A stretch of 39,629 nucleotides of DNA from Clostridia bacterium (GCA_017629895.1 JAGBWF010000119.1:1-39629); one strand, 5' to 3'. Counted from the first letter of the stretch, positions 19,263-29,037 are shown. Made by a program: numbers and translations. Notes: generated from the sequence alone by a model not told the origin.

Positions 19263-21311
19263 TTGAAAAAGGAAAACAAAAAGAAATCCACAAAAACACA
19301 AAAAATATCCTATCTGCTGAGCGGATTAACGGTTTTCAATGTGATCATCGCCGCCGCTTTTGCGCTCACTTGCATAACCGAAAGCGGAACGAACGCGCTG
19401 AGCGCAGCCTTTTTGGTATCGCTTTTGATACTGCTTGCCATACCGCTTATAAACAAGCTTTTGCTCAAAAGGCTTAAAAACGGCAAGATCGACGTAAAGG
19501 ATCAACAGCAGGAGCTCCTTCGCCGCCGCGGCGAAGCCGAAAAATGCCTTGCCGAAGCGGCGAGAAAAACCGTGCGTCTCCGCCGTATAATGAATGCTTA
19601 CACCGCATTTCTTATCGTGCTGACGGTGTTTATGCTCTTTTCCTGCATCGTTGTAACCGTAAAAGGCTATTTCTATATCCCTGTCATCGTATTTGCGCTA
19701 ACCTCTCTGATCGCGCCGCTTTATCAGGCAAGCTTAAGAGTGAACGATTTTTCGGATTTTTCGCAATATTGTAATCCCGAAGAATATAAAAAGCTCCATT
19801 CGCTCGCACATAAGGCGGCAAAAACGCTCGGCATCGACGGAGAGATAAGAATAATCTTCCTGCTCGATTGCAATCTCGGCATCGCGCAGATCGGAAAGGT
19901 CTATTCGCTTCAGGTCGGAGTCGTGTTGCTCGACGTTATCCACGAATCCGAGCTTTATCAGATGCTTCTCCACGAATTCGGTCATCTCACAAAGGACGTC
20001 AACCTTTCGTATAAGGAAAACCGACTTTTCGACAAGCTTTCGCAAAGCTTTACCGAAAAAAGCTTTACCGAGCGTTATTTCGGATATATCGCGGCGCTTT
20101 ATTGCAAGGAATATTCGCTCTACCGTATGACAGCCTCGCAGACCGTCGAGCGCAAGGCGGACGAAGCCGTGCTTACCCACGGTGATCCGCAAGCGGCAAT
20201 GAACGGCTTGGCGAAGATGCAATATTACGCACGCTTCAGCGACGAACTGCATTTGTTTATGGACGACCATTTCTATGCGCCCGAAACGATGTATGAAAAC
20301 CTCGCGGATATTTATGCCGATAAGTTCCGCATTGCCGCCGCAGAGCGCGGCGATTTCTGGAAGGAGCTCTCCTTCCGCGAGATCCAGCCGAGGATTTCCT
20401 CGCACCCGATTCTCAGATTGCGTATGGAGGCGCTCGGTATTTCGGATTATACCGTTACCTTCCCCGAAAGAAGCGAAAAAACCGAGCTCCGCGACGAAGC
20501 CGAAAGAGCGCGCGCCTCGGTCAACCGCACGATATATGAGGACCGCAAGGAGCGCTACCCCGAGGAGCGAAAAACCGAATATCTCGAGCCGAAGTCAAGG
20601 CTCGACGAATGGTTTGAAAACGGAAAGCCTCTCGACAGCGAAAACTCCCGCGATATACTTAACCTGCTCAGAGCCTTTTGGCTTTTCGATGAGCTGAAAG
20701 AAGCCTGCGACAGAATTATCGAAACGGCGGAAAACGAATCCGAAACGGCGCACGCGCTCTTCTGCAAGGGCTTGATGCTTCTCTTCGAATACGATAAATC
20801 GGGCATACCGCTTATCTACCGCGCCATAGAAATAAACAGTAACTATGCGCGCGACGGTATGAACGCCATCGGCGATTTCTGCTGTATAAACGGCTATCAA
20901 GCCGAGCTCGATGAATACCGCGAGCGTGCGGCAGAGGAGGCACAACGCTACGAGGACGAATATTCGCGCCTCGATTGCCTGCTCCCCACCGACAATCTTT
21001 CGAAGGAAGAGGGCTTCCCCGAGGGAATGCTCGAGGAGATACTTGCATATATCCGCAGTATCGACGAAAACGCAATAAGCAGGATATTCCTTGTCCGCAA
21101 AACCGTAACCGAAAGCTTTTTCGGAAGCGTTTTCGTAATCGATTTCAAGCCGAACACCGAAAACGAGGTTATCGGCAGGGTTATGGGCAAGATATTCAAC
21201 CACCTCGACGTTCATCCGTCGCAATGGCAGTTCTCGCTCTTCTATTATGACGAGCAGACCGCAAAGGCTGTTGCAAAGGTCAAGGATTCCTGCGTATTCT
21301 CGGCGGAATAA
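19263..21311 (+). CDS. M48-family-like membrane zinc metallopeptidase with a long C-terminal extension
   Basis: TTG start 7 nt after RBS aaggag. About four N-terminal TMs. HEFGH at residues 237-241 (nt 19971-19985). Downstream ERKAD matches the ExxAD third-ligand motif. About 350 further residues of unassigned helical sequence. Confidence 0.7.
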   Translation: MKKENKKKSTKTQKISYLLSGLTVFNVIIAAAFALTCITESGTNALSAAFLVSLLILLAIPLINKLLLKRLKNGKIDVKDQQQELLRRRGEAEKCLAEAARKTVRLRRIMNAYTAFLIVLTVFMLFSCIVVTVKGYFYIPVIVFALTSLIAPLYQASLRVNDFSDFSQYCNPEEYKKLHSLAHKAAKTLGIDGEIRIIFLLDCNLGIAQIGKVYSLQVGVVLLDVIHESELYQMLLHEFGHLTKDVNLSYKENRLFDKLSQSFTEKSFTERYFGYIAALYCKEYSLYRMTASQTVERKADEAVLTHGDPQAAMNGLAKMQYYARFSDELHLFMDDHFYAPETMYENLADIYADKFRIAAAERGDFWKELSFREIQPRISSHPILRLRMEALGISDYTVTFPERSEKTELRDEAERARASVNRTIYEDRKERYPEERKTEYLEPKSRLDEWFENGKPLDSENSRDILNLLRAFWLFDELKEACDRIIETAENESETAHALFCKGLMLLFEYDKSGIPLIYRAIEINSNYARDGMNAIGDFCCINGYQAELDEYRERAAEEAQRYEDEYSRLDCLLPTDNLSKEEGFPEGMLEEILAYIRSIDENAISRIFLVRKTVTESFFGSVFVIDFKPNTENEVIGRVMGKIFNHLDVHPSQWQFSLFYYDEQTAKAVAKVKDSCVFSAE

Positions 21312-21330
21312 ATATTTTTATAAAAAAATA

Positions 21331-21375
21331 AAGTGTACCCTCGGGAACGAAGGTACACTTTTGCTTTATTTATTA
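21331..21375 (+). terminator. Intrinsic terminator after the M48-like gene
   Basis: Stem aagtgtacc (21331-21339) pairing with ggtacactt (21352-21360), followed by ttgctttatttatt. Confidence 0.7.
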
Positions 21376-21448
21376 AACCAACACTTAAAATTAACGCAAC
21401 AATGACACACAAAAAATTTTTATATATAAAAATTTTCGGGAGAGAGCA

Positions 21449-21488
21449 CGAGAGGACCCATTTTATAAAAGGGGTCCTCTCGTTTTTT
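21449..21488 (+). terminator. Second strong hairpin with T-run, oriented as a + strand terminator, 14 nt from the spoIIE stop
   Basis: 11-bp stem cgagaggaccc (21449-21459) pairing with gggtcctctcg (21472-21482), followed by tttttt. On the - strand the hairpin is not followed by a T-run. Confidence 0.6.
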
Positions 21489-21501
21489 GCATCTTACATT
21501 C

Positions 21502-23664
21502 CTAATACACTCTCAAAACGCAGACCGACATATCATCGGCGGTTTCGCTGTTTTTGCGCGCCTCGCGGATGATTTTCGAGGCAAGCGCACGCGCGCTCGG
21601 CATCGGCGGAATATTTGTTTCGGGCAGGATACGGTTTTCGCTGCCGGTCTGCAAAATACCATCGCTCAGCATTACTATCATATCGCCCTTTTCGAGCGGA
21701 AAGCTCTTTTTCTCGGCAATAACGCTTTTCATAATCCCTGCGGGAGGGGTGCGTGCCTCGAGCATCACGGCGTTCCCCTTTCTTATAACGAGCGTCGGAG
21801 CGGCGCCTGCCTTTATAAGCGTCGCACGGGCGGAAAGTCGGTCGATTTCAAGCAGGTCGACCGTCGCGAAAACCTCCTCCTCCTTTTCGACAAGCGCTTT
21901 GTTCAAAAGCCTTAACGCGCTTTCCTTTTCCGCGCCCACGGCGAGAAGCTTTTCGAGCATTATCGCCGAAAGCCTGCTTGTCAGCGCGGCGTCTCTGCCA
22001 CTTCCCATACCGTCGGAAACGAGGCAATAAAGGTATTTATCGTCGTTTTCGAAAACGCTCACGGTATCCCCGCACACCGTTTCGCCTGTTTTTGCCTCGG
22101 ATATTTTGGCAAATTCAACGTGTATCGAGGGCACGGAGCTGAGCTTCATAAGCGTATAGCCGTCGTGAAGCACGAAATCGGGCGGAGACATAGCCGTTTT
22201 ACATTCCGATGCGACGATTGCCGATATCGCGTTCGGAGTCGCCTTTATCCTTTCGGGCTCGACGCCGTAAACAGTTATCTCGCGGCATCGCTCGCCGAGC
22301 ACGCGCACTCCGTCGCAGAAGACGTCCGATTCGGCAAGCCTTTTCTTTATCCTCCGTGCAAGCTCCTTGTCTGAGGAGCAATCCGAGTCCTGCCTCTTTG
22401 CCGCGTCGATAAGTATCGTCGAAAAGGCGGAATACTCGTCAGCCATCTGCCTTAATCCCCTCTCGCCCTCGCGCTCGCGCATTACGGGCAGATTATTTAT
22501 CTCGCGCGCCATTGCGCAGGCGTTCGGACAGCGCGAGCTTATGTGCACGGGGATTTTCGAATATGCCGCAACACCGTTTCGGCGGATCTCGCTTGTGAAA
22601 AAGTCGGATAACTCGCTCCGCTCAAGCTCGCACCCGTCGCAATGCGAGCAATGCCTTTCGACAATGCGAACTATATTTTCGTTCAGGTCGGTTACCGTCG
22701 TCGCACGCGTGCTTTCCGAAACGCTGTAAAACAGCGAGGAAAGCGAGGAAAACGCCGCCGCATAGCGAGAGATCCTTCTGTCGTGGGCGCGTTTTTCGGC
22801 GCTCGAGCCGACGCTTTTATATATCGGCATTTTCTTGCGGAGCGGTATAAATATCGAATACACCGCAAGAAGCATCCCTATCGCTATCTCGGTGCCCTCG
22901 CCGCCCGAAAGATAAAAATATCCCGTTACCGAAAGCATAAAGGAAAGACAAAGCGCAAGCGGCTCTATCTCGTTTACAAGCAAGCCGTAGGTCATTCCGA
23001 GCACACCGAGCGCACCCGTCGCCGCCCCGCCCGAAGCAAGTCCGCAAAGCACTCCGCAGGCACCCCCGAAGGCAAAGCCGCGAGTTCTTGCCGCGCAAAG
23101 CGTGCAGGCGCAGGCGGGAATAAAGGAAAGCGCTACGCCCGAAAGCTCGAAGCGGGAAAGCAATACCGAAAAGGCAAAGGCGAATGCAAGAAGTGAGGCA
23201 TCGTAACGCTTAACGTGAAGCTCTTTTTTGCTGTCGAAATACCCCGAAAACGCATAGGTGAAAACGGGATATGCGATAACGGCGGCAAGCAGACGGAAAA
23301 TTCCGTTTATGTCGCTTATACCGCCGATCGCGATATACGCCGCGCGCAACGCAGATAGCGACAGCGAAAGCAAAAGCCGTGTATAAAGCCGCACACCGCC
23401 CTGCTTTTCCTTTGCGGCAAGCACCAAATAAAGATAAACCGCGCAAAACAGCGCAAGCGGCACGCATATATCGAAAAAGGAAGCCGCGAGCACCCCGTAA
23501 AAACAGCTTTTTCTCGACTTTTTCGGCACCGCGCACAAAAACGCACAGCCGAACGGCATTACCTCCGAGGCGAGCGGTGCAAGTCCGAGTAAAAAGCCCA
23601 ATGCCGCGTATATTATCCCCGATTTTCGTTCCCTCAGTCTGATTTTTAATCCTGTGTTTTCCAT
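21502..23664 (-). CDS. spoIIE: Stage II sporulation protein E (membrane PP2C phosphatase)
   Basis: About 10 N-terminal TMs, a central regulatory region and a C-terminal PP2C domain (GDTVSVF...LVSDGMGSGRDAA...MLSDG). 720 aa. Confidence 0.9.
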   Translation of the reverse strand: MENTGLKIRLRERKSGIIYAALGFLLGLAPLASEVMPFGCAFLCAVPKKSRKSCFYGVLAASFFDICVPLALFCAVYLYLVLAAKEKQGGVRLYTRLLLSLSLSALRAAYIAIGGISDINGIFRLLAAVIAYPVFTYAFSGYFDSKKELHVKRYDASLLAFAFAFSVLLSRFELSGVALSFIPACACTLCAARTRGFAFGGACGVLCGLASGGAATGALGVLGMTYGLLVNEIEPLALCLSFMLSVTGYFYLSGGEGTEIAIGMLLAVYSIFIPLRKKMPIYKSVGSSAEKRAHDRRISRYAAAFSSLSSLFYSVSESTRATTVTDLNENIVRIVERHCSHCDGCELERSELSDFFTSEIRRNGVAAYSKIPVHISSRCPNACAMAREINNLPVMREREGERGLRQMADEYSAFSTILIDAAKRQDSDCSSDKELARRIKKRLAESDVFCDGVRVLGERCREITVYGVEPERIKATPNAISAIVASECKTAMSPPDFVLHDGYTLMKLSSVPSIHVEFAKISEAKTGETVCGDTVSVFENDDKYLYCLVSDGMGSGRDAALTSRLSAIMLEKLLAVGAEKESALRLLNKALVEKEEEVFATVDLLEIDRLSARATLIKAGAAPTLVIRKGNAVMLEARTPPAGIMKSVIAEKKSFPLEKGDMIVMLSDGILQTGSENRILPETNIPPMPSARALASKIIREARKNSETADDMSVCVLRVY

Positions 23665-23700
23665 TTTTCCACGTTCCGTTTCTTTTTGTTCTGGATGCTC

Positions 23701-23734
23701 ATTATACTAAAAACGTGGTGCGCGGTTTGTCGAA
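23701..23734 (-). promoter_or_regulatory. Putative spoIIE promoter: -10 TATAAT with a Spo0A-box (TGTCGAA/TTCGACA) placed 21 nt upstream
   Basis: On the - strand: ttcgaca (23728-23734), 21-nt spacer, tataat (23701-23706). A second, weaker 0A-like box tgtcaga lies at 23774-23780. Confidence 0.5.
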
Positions 23735-23837
23735 GCCGAAGCGAATTTTTTGTGTTGTTTTATATATTTCGGTTGTCAGAGCGGGAAAATATAATATCCC
23801 GATTGAATAGCGGCGCAAGCTGAAGCTTTTTGAAGCA

Positions 23838-25136
23838 TTACTGCGAATTCGGGTATAATTGCAGACCTTTTATATCAATCAGGTCGTTTATGGCGATAAG
23901 GCTCTGATTGTTTTCTCGGTCAAGATTCCACCACAAAGCACCGCGCAAGCCCTTTTCCGCCATAAGCCGAAGTCTTGCGGATATCGAGCGTACGTCCTCG
24001 AACCACACGCGATGCGCCTTTCCGTCTGCCGTGTAATCGAAATAGGGAGCGAGCGCGTTTTTATCGAAAAATATCTCGGCACCGTATTCCGAGGCGAGCG
24101 AAAAGGCACGCTTTGTCGAAACCGAGGTTGCGCGCGAAACACCCTGAATATACGGAAGCGTGAAATCGTAGCCGTAATTGGATATGCCGAGCAGTATTTT
24201 TTCGGCGGGTATTCTTGTGAGCGCGTAATCGACCACGTCGCGCACCGGCTTTATCGGCGAAACCGCCATAGGCGGACCGTAGGTGTAGCCCCATTCGTAA
24301 GTCATAAGCAGTACCGCATCCGCCGCCTCGCCGAGAAGCGCGTAATCGTGTCCCTCGTAAAGCGCGCCCTGCTGTGAATCCGAGGTTTTCGGCGCAAGCG
24401 CAGTCATCACACCGTAGCCGTATGGGTGCAGGCGCGAAACGCAATAGGAAATAAATTCGGCGTAACGAACGGCGTTTTCTCTCCCCAGAAACTCGAAATC
24501 GACGTCGAGCGAGGTATATCCCTTGCTCTGCATATTCGAAATCACCGCATCGAGCAGTGTCGCTTGGAGCGCGGGCGAATCGAAAAGCGTATTTGCGAGC
24601 TCGACCGAAAAATTATCGTTATCGGTAAGCGTGGAAAGGTGCATTATCGGCTCGGTTCCGTAATCGAGCGCGGCGGAGATCATCGCCTCGTCATCGGGAA
24701 TAACGAGCGTTCCGTCCTCGCGGAAGCCGTAGGTAAAGGGCATAAGCGAGCTCATAAACGGCAGTGCGCGGCGAAGCAGGGCTTGCGAAACGAAGGGATA
24801 GGCGTATCCGCCCGTCGCAAAGCTCCCCAGAGGCTCTCTTTCGATATCGATAAAAAGCGTCTGTCCGACGGAAACGCTCGGGCTTCCGTTCAGAAAAAGG
24901 TTGTTTCGGTATATTTGGTTGATGCTCACGCCGTATCGCGAAGCGATGGAAAAAAGCGTTTCGCCGAGAGCGACGGTATGCGTTTGCTTCGGGTAAACTA
25001 TCGCAATCGGTTGACCGATCGGAAGGCGGTAGGGGTCGGAAATATCGTTGTTGAAGGCGAGCACCGACGGCTCGACGTTATACCGCCGTGCGATAGAATA
25101 AAGGGTTTCTCCCGATAAAACCGTATGTATTTCCAC
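23838..25136 (-). CDS. LysM-LysM-GH18 spore peptidoglycan hydrolase (YaaH/SleL-like)
   Basis: GTG start with RBS aaaggag. Two LysM repeats (HTVLSGETLYSIARRY and HTVALGETLFSIASRY), then a GH18 domain with the DVDFE catalytic-type motif. Confidence 0.85.
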   Translation of the reverse strand: MEIHTVLSGETLYSIARRYNVEPSVLAFNNDISDPYRLPIGQPIAIVYPKQTHTVALGETLFSIASRYGVSINQIYRNNLFLNGSPSVSVGQTLFIDIEREPLGSFATGGYAYPFVSQALLRRALPFMSSLMPFTYGFREDGTLVIPDDEAMISAALDYGTEPIMHLSTLTDNDNFSVELANTLFDSPALQATLLDAVISNMQSKGYTSLDVDFEFLGRENAVRYAEFISYCVSRLHPYGYGVMTALAPKTSDSQQGALYEGHDYALLGEAADAVLLMTYEWGYTYGPPMAVSPIKPVRDVVDYALTRIPAEKILLGISNYGYDFTLPYIQGVSRATSVSTKRAFSLASEYGAEIFFDKNALAPYFDYTADGKAHRVWFEDVRSISARLRLMAEKGLRGALWWNLDRENNQSLIAINDLIDIKGLQLYPNSQ

Positions 25137-25196
25137 AATATCGCTCCTTTGCTTGAAAAAATTGCCGTATAAGAGGCTAAAAAGCTTGGTTTATGC

Positions 25197-25225
25197 TTGA
25201 TTTTCGGGCATTTATATGATAATAT
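25197..25225 (+). promoter_or_regulatory. Sigma-A type promoter upstream of argS: TTGATT, 17-nt spacer, TGaTAATAT
   Basis: ttgatt at 25197-25202, taatat at 25220-25225, TG at 25217-25218. About 38 nt upstream of the argS ATG. Confidence 0.5.
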
Positions 25226-25263
25226 TATATAATAATTATACACTCGGAAAGTAGAGCTTAAAT

Positions 25264-26961
25264 ATGAGTAACATCAAGAACACGATATGCGAAAAGGTTA
25301 GCGAATATGTTGCCTCGAAGGGCGCTTCTCTCGCTGTCTGCGACGCTCTTTCGCTTCTCGAAACACCTGCCGATTCCAAAATGGGCGATCTCGCTCTCCC
25401 CTGCTTCAAGCTTTCGAAGCTTTTGCGTACCCGTCCCGACGGTATCGCATCCGAGCTTGCGGGCGCATTGGGCGAAATCGAGGGTGTCGAAAAGATAGAG
25501 GCTGTCGGCGGTTATCTTAATTTCTTCTTCGGAAGCGCGAAGTATCTTACCGACCTCAAAGCCGTTCTTAACAACGATTATAAGAACCTCTCCGCTATCG
25601 GCGAAGGAAAAACCGTAGTGCTCGACTTTTCCTCCCCCAATATCGCAAAGCGTTTCCATCTCGGACACCTCGGCACGACGGTTATCGGTAACGCAGTACG
25701 CAATATATATGATTTTATCGGTTATAAGACCGTTTCGATAAACTATCTCGGCGACTGGGGCACCCAGAACGGCAAGCAGATAGTTGCTTTCAAGAAATGG
25801 TCCGACCGCGAAACTCTCGAGCGCGAGGGCATCAAGGAGCTCGAGCGTATATACGTCCTCTTCGGCAAGGAAGCCGAAAAGGATCCCTCGCTTAACGATC
25901 AGGCGCGCGCCGCTTTCAGAGAGCTCGAAAGCGGAAACGAGGAATACTTGGAGATCTGGCGTCTTTTCAAGGAAATCTCGATGCGTGAATACACGATGAC
26001 CTATAAAAGACTGGGCATCGAATTCGACGTTTGGGGCGGCGAAAGCTTTTATACCGATAAAATGCCCGCAATCGTCGAAGAGCTGCGCGAAAAAGAGCTC
26101 TTAAAGCTCGATGACGGCGCATCTATCGTCGATCTTTCGGAATGGAATATGCCCCCCGCGCTTATTCTCAAGCGCGACGGCACCACCCTTTACCCCACCC
26201 GCGATATTGCGGCGGCGCAGGACAGATACAACGAATACAAGTTCGATAAATGTCTTTACGTTACCAGCGCGGGACAGTCGCTCCACTTTGCACAGTGGTT
26301 CAAGGTAACCGAGCTTATGGGCAAGGAATGGGCAAAGGACCTCGTTCATATCCCCTACGGCACGATGTCGTTCGGCGGCGAAAAGCTCGCATCGCGTACA
26401 GGTAACATCATTCTTCTCAACGACGTTTTCGATGAAGCGGTTGCAAAGGCAAGAGCTATTATCGAGGAAAAGAACGTCGCACTGGAAAACAAGGAAGAAA
26501 TCTCGGAGGCTGTCGGTATCGGCGCGGTTCTCTTCAGCGCGCTTTCGAACAGCCGTATAAAAGACACCAACTTCACCTGGGAGGGCACCCTCTCCTTCGA
26601 GGGCAACACAGGCCCCTACGTTCAGTATACCTATGCGCGTGCGGCAAGCGTGCTTCGCAGAGGCGAGGGCGGAAAGGATTATTCCTCCTATACCCCCGTT
26701 TCCGAGGAGGCAGAGCTTATCCGCAAGCTTTGCGAATTTGAGGACACCGTGAAGCGTGCCGCAAACGAATACGAGCCGAGCATTATTTCGCGCTATGCGC
26801 TTAATATCTGCACTCTCTTCAACCAGTTCTACCACAACTGCCGTATTTTAGGCTCGGGCGGCGAAACCGAGCAGTTCCGCCTTGCGCTTACCGAGGCATC
26901 GAGAAATATTCTCGGCACCTGCCTCGATCTTCTCGGAATAAAGAGAACGGAAGAAATATAA
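25264..26961 (+). CDS. argS: Arginine--tRNA ligase
   Basis: Class I aaRS HIGH-type motif SSPNIAKRFHLGHLG and an anticodon-binding DALR domain at the C-terminus. 565 aa. Confidence 0.95.
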   Translation: MSNIKNTICEKVSEYVASKGASLAVCDALSLLETPADSKMGDLALPCFKLSKLLRTRPDGIASELAGALGEIEGVEKIEAVGGYLNFFFGSAKYLTDLKAVLNNDYKNLSAIGEGKTVVLDFSSPNIAKRFHLGHLGTTVIGNAVRNIYDFIGYKTVSINYLGDWGTQNGKQIVAFKKWSDRETLEREGIKELERIYVLFGKEAEKDPSLNDQARAAFRELESGNEEYLEIWRLFKEISMREYTMTYKRLGIEFDVWGGESFYTDKMPAIVEELREKELLKLDDGASIVDLSEWNMPPALILKRDGTTLYPTRDIAAAQDRYNEYKFDKCLYVTSAGQSLHFAQWFKVTELMGKEWAKDLVHIPYGTMSFGGEKLASRTGNIILLNDVFDEAVAKARAIIEEKNVALENKEEISEAVGIGAVLFSALSNSRIKDTNFTWEGTLSFEGNTGPYVQYTYARAASVLRRGEGGKDYSSYTPVSEEAELIRKLCEFEDTVKRAANEYEPSIISRYALNICTLFNQFYHNCRILGSGGETEQFRLALTEASRNILGTCLDLLGIKRTEEI

Positions 26962-26971
26962 GTCGATTCTC

Positions 26972-27023
26972 TCCCCAAAAATGCAGGCATTTTCGGGGAC
27001 CCCGTACCGCTTCGGCGGGTTTT
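26972..27023 (+). terminator. Weak compound hairpin region after argS
   Basis: Stem tccccaaaaatg pairing with cattttcgggga (26972-26999, one mismatch), then ccgc-ttcg-gcgg followed by gtttt (27007-27023). Confidence 0.4.
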
Positions 27024-27120
27024 ACAATAATTTTTCTGAAGATTTTTGCAAAGCAAAAATCAACCTTACCTTTTCACTTTTCACTATTACCTATAACCTA
27101 ATTTTTCGGAGGAAAATTCT

Positions 27121-27843
27121 ATGTCCGGACATTCCAAATGGAAGAATATAATGCACAAAAAGGAAAAGACCGACGCACAGCGCGCAAAGGTCTTTACAAA
27201 GATCGGTAAGGAAATCGCTATCGCGGTACGCGACGGCGGTCCCGAGCCCACCTCGAACACAAGACTCCGCGACCTTATTGCAAAGGCAAAAAGCCTTAAC
27301 GTGCCCAACGACAATATAGATCGCGTTATCAAAAAGGCTTCGGGCGCGGAAAGCGTTCAGTACGAAATGCTTACCTACGAGGGCTACGGTCCCGGCGGCG
27401 TTGCAATTATCGTCGAAGCGGCTACCGACAACCGCAACAGAACTGCGGGAGAGGTTCGCCATTATTTCGATAAATTCGGCGGCAATCTCGGCACCAGCGG
27501 CTGCGTTTCCTATCTCTTTGCCGAAAAGGGCGTTGTTGTCGTTTCGGGCATTAAGGACGAGGACGAATTTATGGAAGCGGCTCTCGATTCGGGCGCGCTC
27601 GATTTCACAAGCGAGGACGGACACGGCGAGGTGTTCACCGACGTGAGCGAGCTTACCGAGGTGCGCGAGGCACTCGAGGCGAAGGGCTATACCATCGAGT
27701 CTGCAGACCCCGAAAAGATTCCTTCGAACTATATCCGTCTTGATGACGAGGACCAGATAAAAATGATGAACAGACTTCTCGAAGCGCTCGAGGACAACGA
27801 CGACGTTACAGAGGTTTGGCACAACTGGGATGACGAGGAATAA
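27121..27843 (+). CDS. yebC: YebC/PmpR family DNA-binding transcriptional regulator
   Basis: MSGHSKWKNIMHKKEKTDAQRAKVFTK is the invariant YebC N-terminus. 240 aa. Confidence 0.94.
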   Translation: MSGHSKWKNIMHKKEKTDAQRAKVFTKIGKEIAIAVRDGGPEPTSNTRLRDLIAKAKSLNVPNDNIDRVIKKASGAESVQYEMLTYEGYGPGGVAIIVEAATDNRNRTAGEVRHYFDKFGGNLGTSGCVSYLFAEKGVVVVSGIKDEDEFMEAALDSGALDFTSEDGHGEVFTDVSELTEVREALEAKGYTIESADPEKIPSNYIRLDDEDQIKMMNRLLEALEDNDDVTEVWHNWDDEE

Positions 27844-28411
27844 AATCGGCATTTTCGGCGGAACCTTTAATCCGATACACAAGGCGCACAAGGCGATTGC
27901 GCTTGAATTTATCGAAAAGCTTTCGCTCGATACGCTGTATATAATTCCGAATAATATTCCGCCGTTGAAAAATTCTCACGGCGTTTCGGGCGGGGACAGG
28001 ATAAAAATGCTCGAGCTTGCTTTTTCGGGGCAGGAAAGGATTGTAATAAGCGATACCGAGCTTAAACGCGGCGGTATGAGCTACACCTGCGACACCGTTT
28101 CCGAAATAAAGCTTGCACATCCCTGCGACGAGCTGTTTCTGCTTATCGGCGACGATTGGATCGACAGGTTCGATAAATGGAAGAATTATAAGGATATCAC
28201 CGATATGGCGACGCTTGTCGTTGCATACCGCGGAAGGCGCGATACAAAATTGCACGCCGAAAGGATCTCCGCGCTCACGAGCAAGGAAATATTGCTTTTG
28301 AACAACACGGAAATAGAGATTTCCTCGACAGACTTTCGCGAAACCCGCGATAGATCGCTCCTTCCCGAAGGAGTATACGAATATATTGAAGAACGGGGGC
28401 TATACAGATAA
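27830..28411 (+). CDS. nadD: Nicotinate-nucleotide adenylyltransferase
   Basis: IGIFGGTFNPIHKAH (the (H/T)xGH nucleotidyltransferase motif) and ISSTDFR. Overlaps yebC by 14 nt. Confidence 0.92.
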   Translation: MTRNKIGIFGGTFNPIHKAHKAIALEFIEKLSLDTLYIIPNNIPPLKNSHGVSGGDRIKMLELAFSGQERIVISDTELKRGGMSYTCDTVSEIKLAHPCDELFLLIGDDWIDRFDKWKNYKDITDMATLVVAYRGRRDTKLHAERISALTSKEILLLNNTEIEISSTDFRETRDRSLLPEGVYEYIEERGLYR

Positions 28412-29019
28412 TGACCGATGCAAACGGTATTATTTCGGCAATGAATTTGTCCGAGCGCAGAATGCGCCACACCTTCGGCGTTGCCGAATGTGCAAAGGAG
28501 CTGGCAAAGGCTCACTTCCCTGCACTCGATTTAAAAGCGGTCGAGCTTGCCGCGCTTATGCACGATTTCACGAAGGAATACAGCATCGAGCGTCAGCTGG
28601 AGCTCTGTATGCAATATAACATCGAGCTCACCGAAGAGGAAAAGGCAAACACAAAGCTTATACATTCGAAAACCGCGGCTATGCTTGCATCGCATCTGTT
28701 TTCGCTTCCGAGCGACGCCTGCTCGGCAATTTACTGGCACACCACGGGCAAGCCTGCGATGTCGCCCTTCGAAATTGTCATATATCTCGCGGATTATATC
28801 GAGGATTTCCGCGACGATGCGGGCTGTGTGAAGCTTCGCGAATTTTATAACAAGGCGATGAAAAAGGAGCTCGACAAAACCACCGCGCTCCACAAAACTC
28901 TTGTAAAATCCTTCGATACGACGATAAAATACCTTATCGCCGAAGAAAAAACCATAAATCACGCCACTATCGAGGCGAGAAACTACTATATAAATCAGCT
29001 CAACGCGATTAAATTCTGA
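28411..29019 (+). CDS. yqeK: HD-domain bis(5'-nucleosyl)-tetraphosphatase, YqeK family
   Basis: RMRHTFGV...LMHDFTKE HD motif. Canonical nadD-yqeK-rsfS order. TAATG start/stop overlap. Confidence 0.88.
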   Translation: MTDANGIISAMNLSERRMRHTFGVAECAKELAKAHFPALDLKAVELAALMHDFTKEYSIERQLELCMQYNIELTEEEKANTKLIHSKTAAMLASHLFSLPSDACSAIYWHTTGKPAMSPFEIVIYLADYIEDFRDDAGCVKLREFYNKAMKKELDKTTALHKTLVKSFDTTIKYLIAEEKTINHATIEARNYYINQLNAIKF

Positions 29020-29037
29020 CGTTGGGAAAGGAAAACG

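Noticed and set aside
21333-21572. A 79-aa + strand ORF in the AT-rich gap between the M48-like gene and spoIIE.
   Set aside because: It has a non-ATG start and no RBS. It runs through two terminator hairpins and into the antisense strand of spoIIE.
25137-25263. I looked for T-box leaders upstream of argS, and also of leuS and thrC.
   Set aside because: Only about 127 nt are available upstream of argS. I found no specifier-loop or T-box (AGGGUGGNACCGCG-like) sequence or terminator/antiterminator pair. leuS and thrC are translationally coupled to their upstream genes, leaving no leader space.
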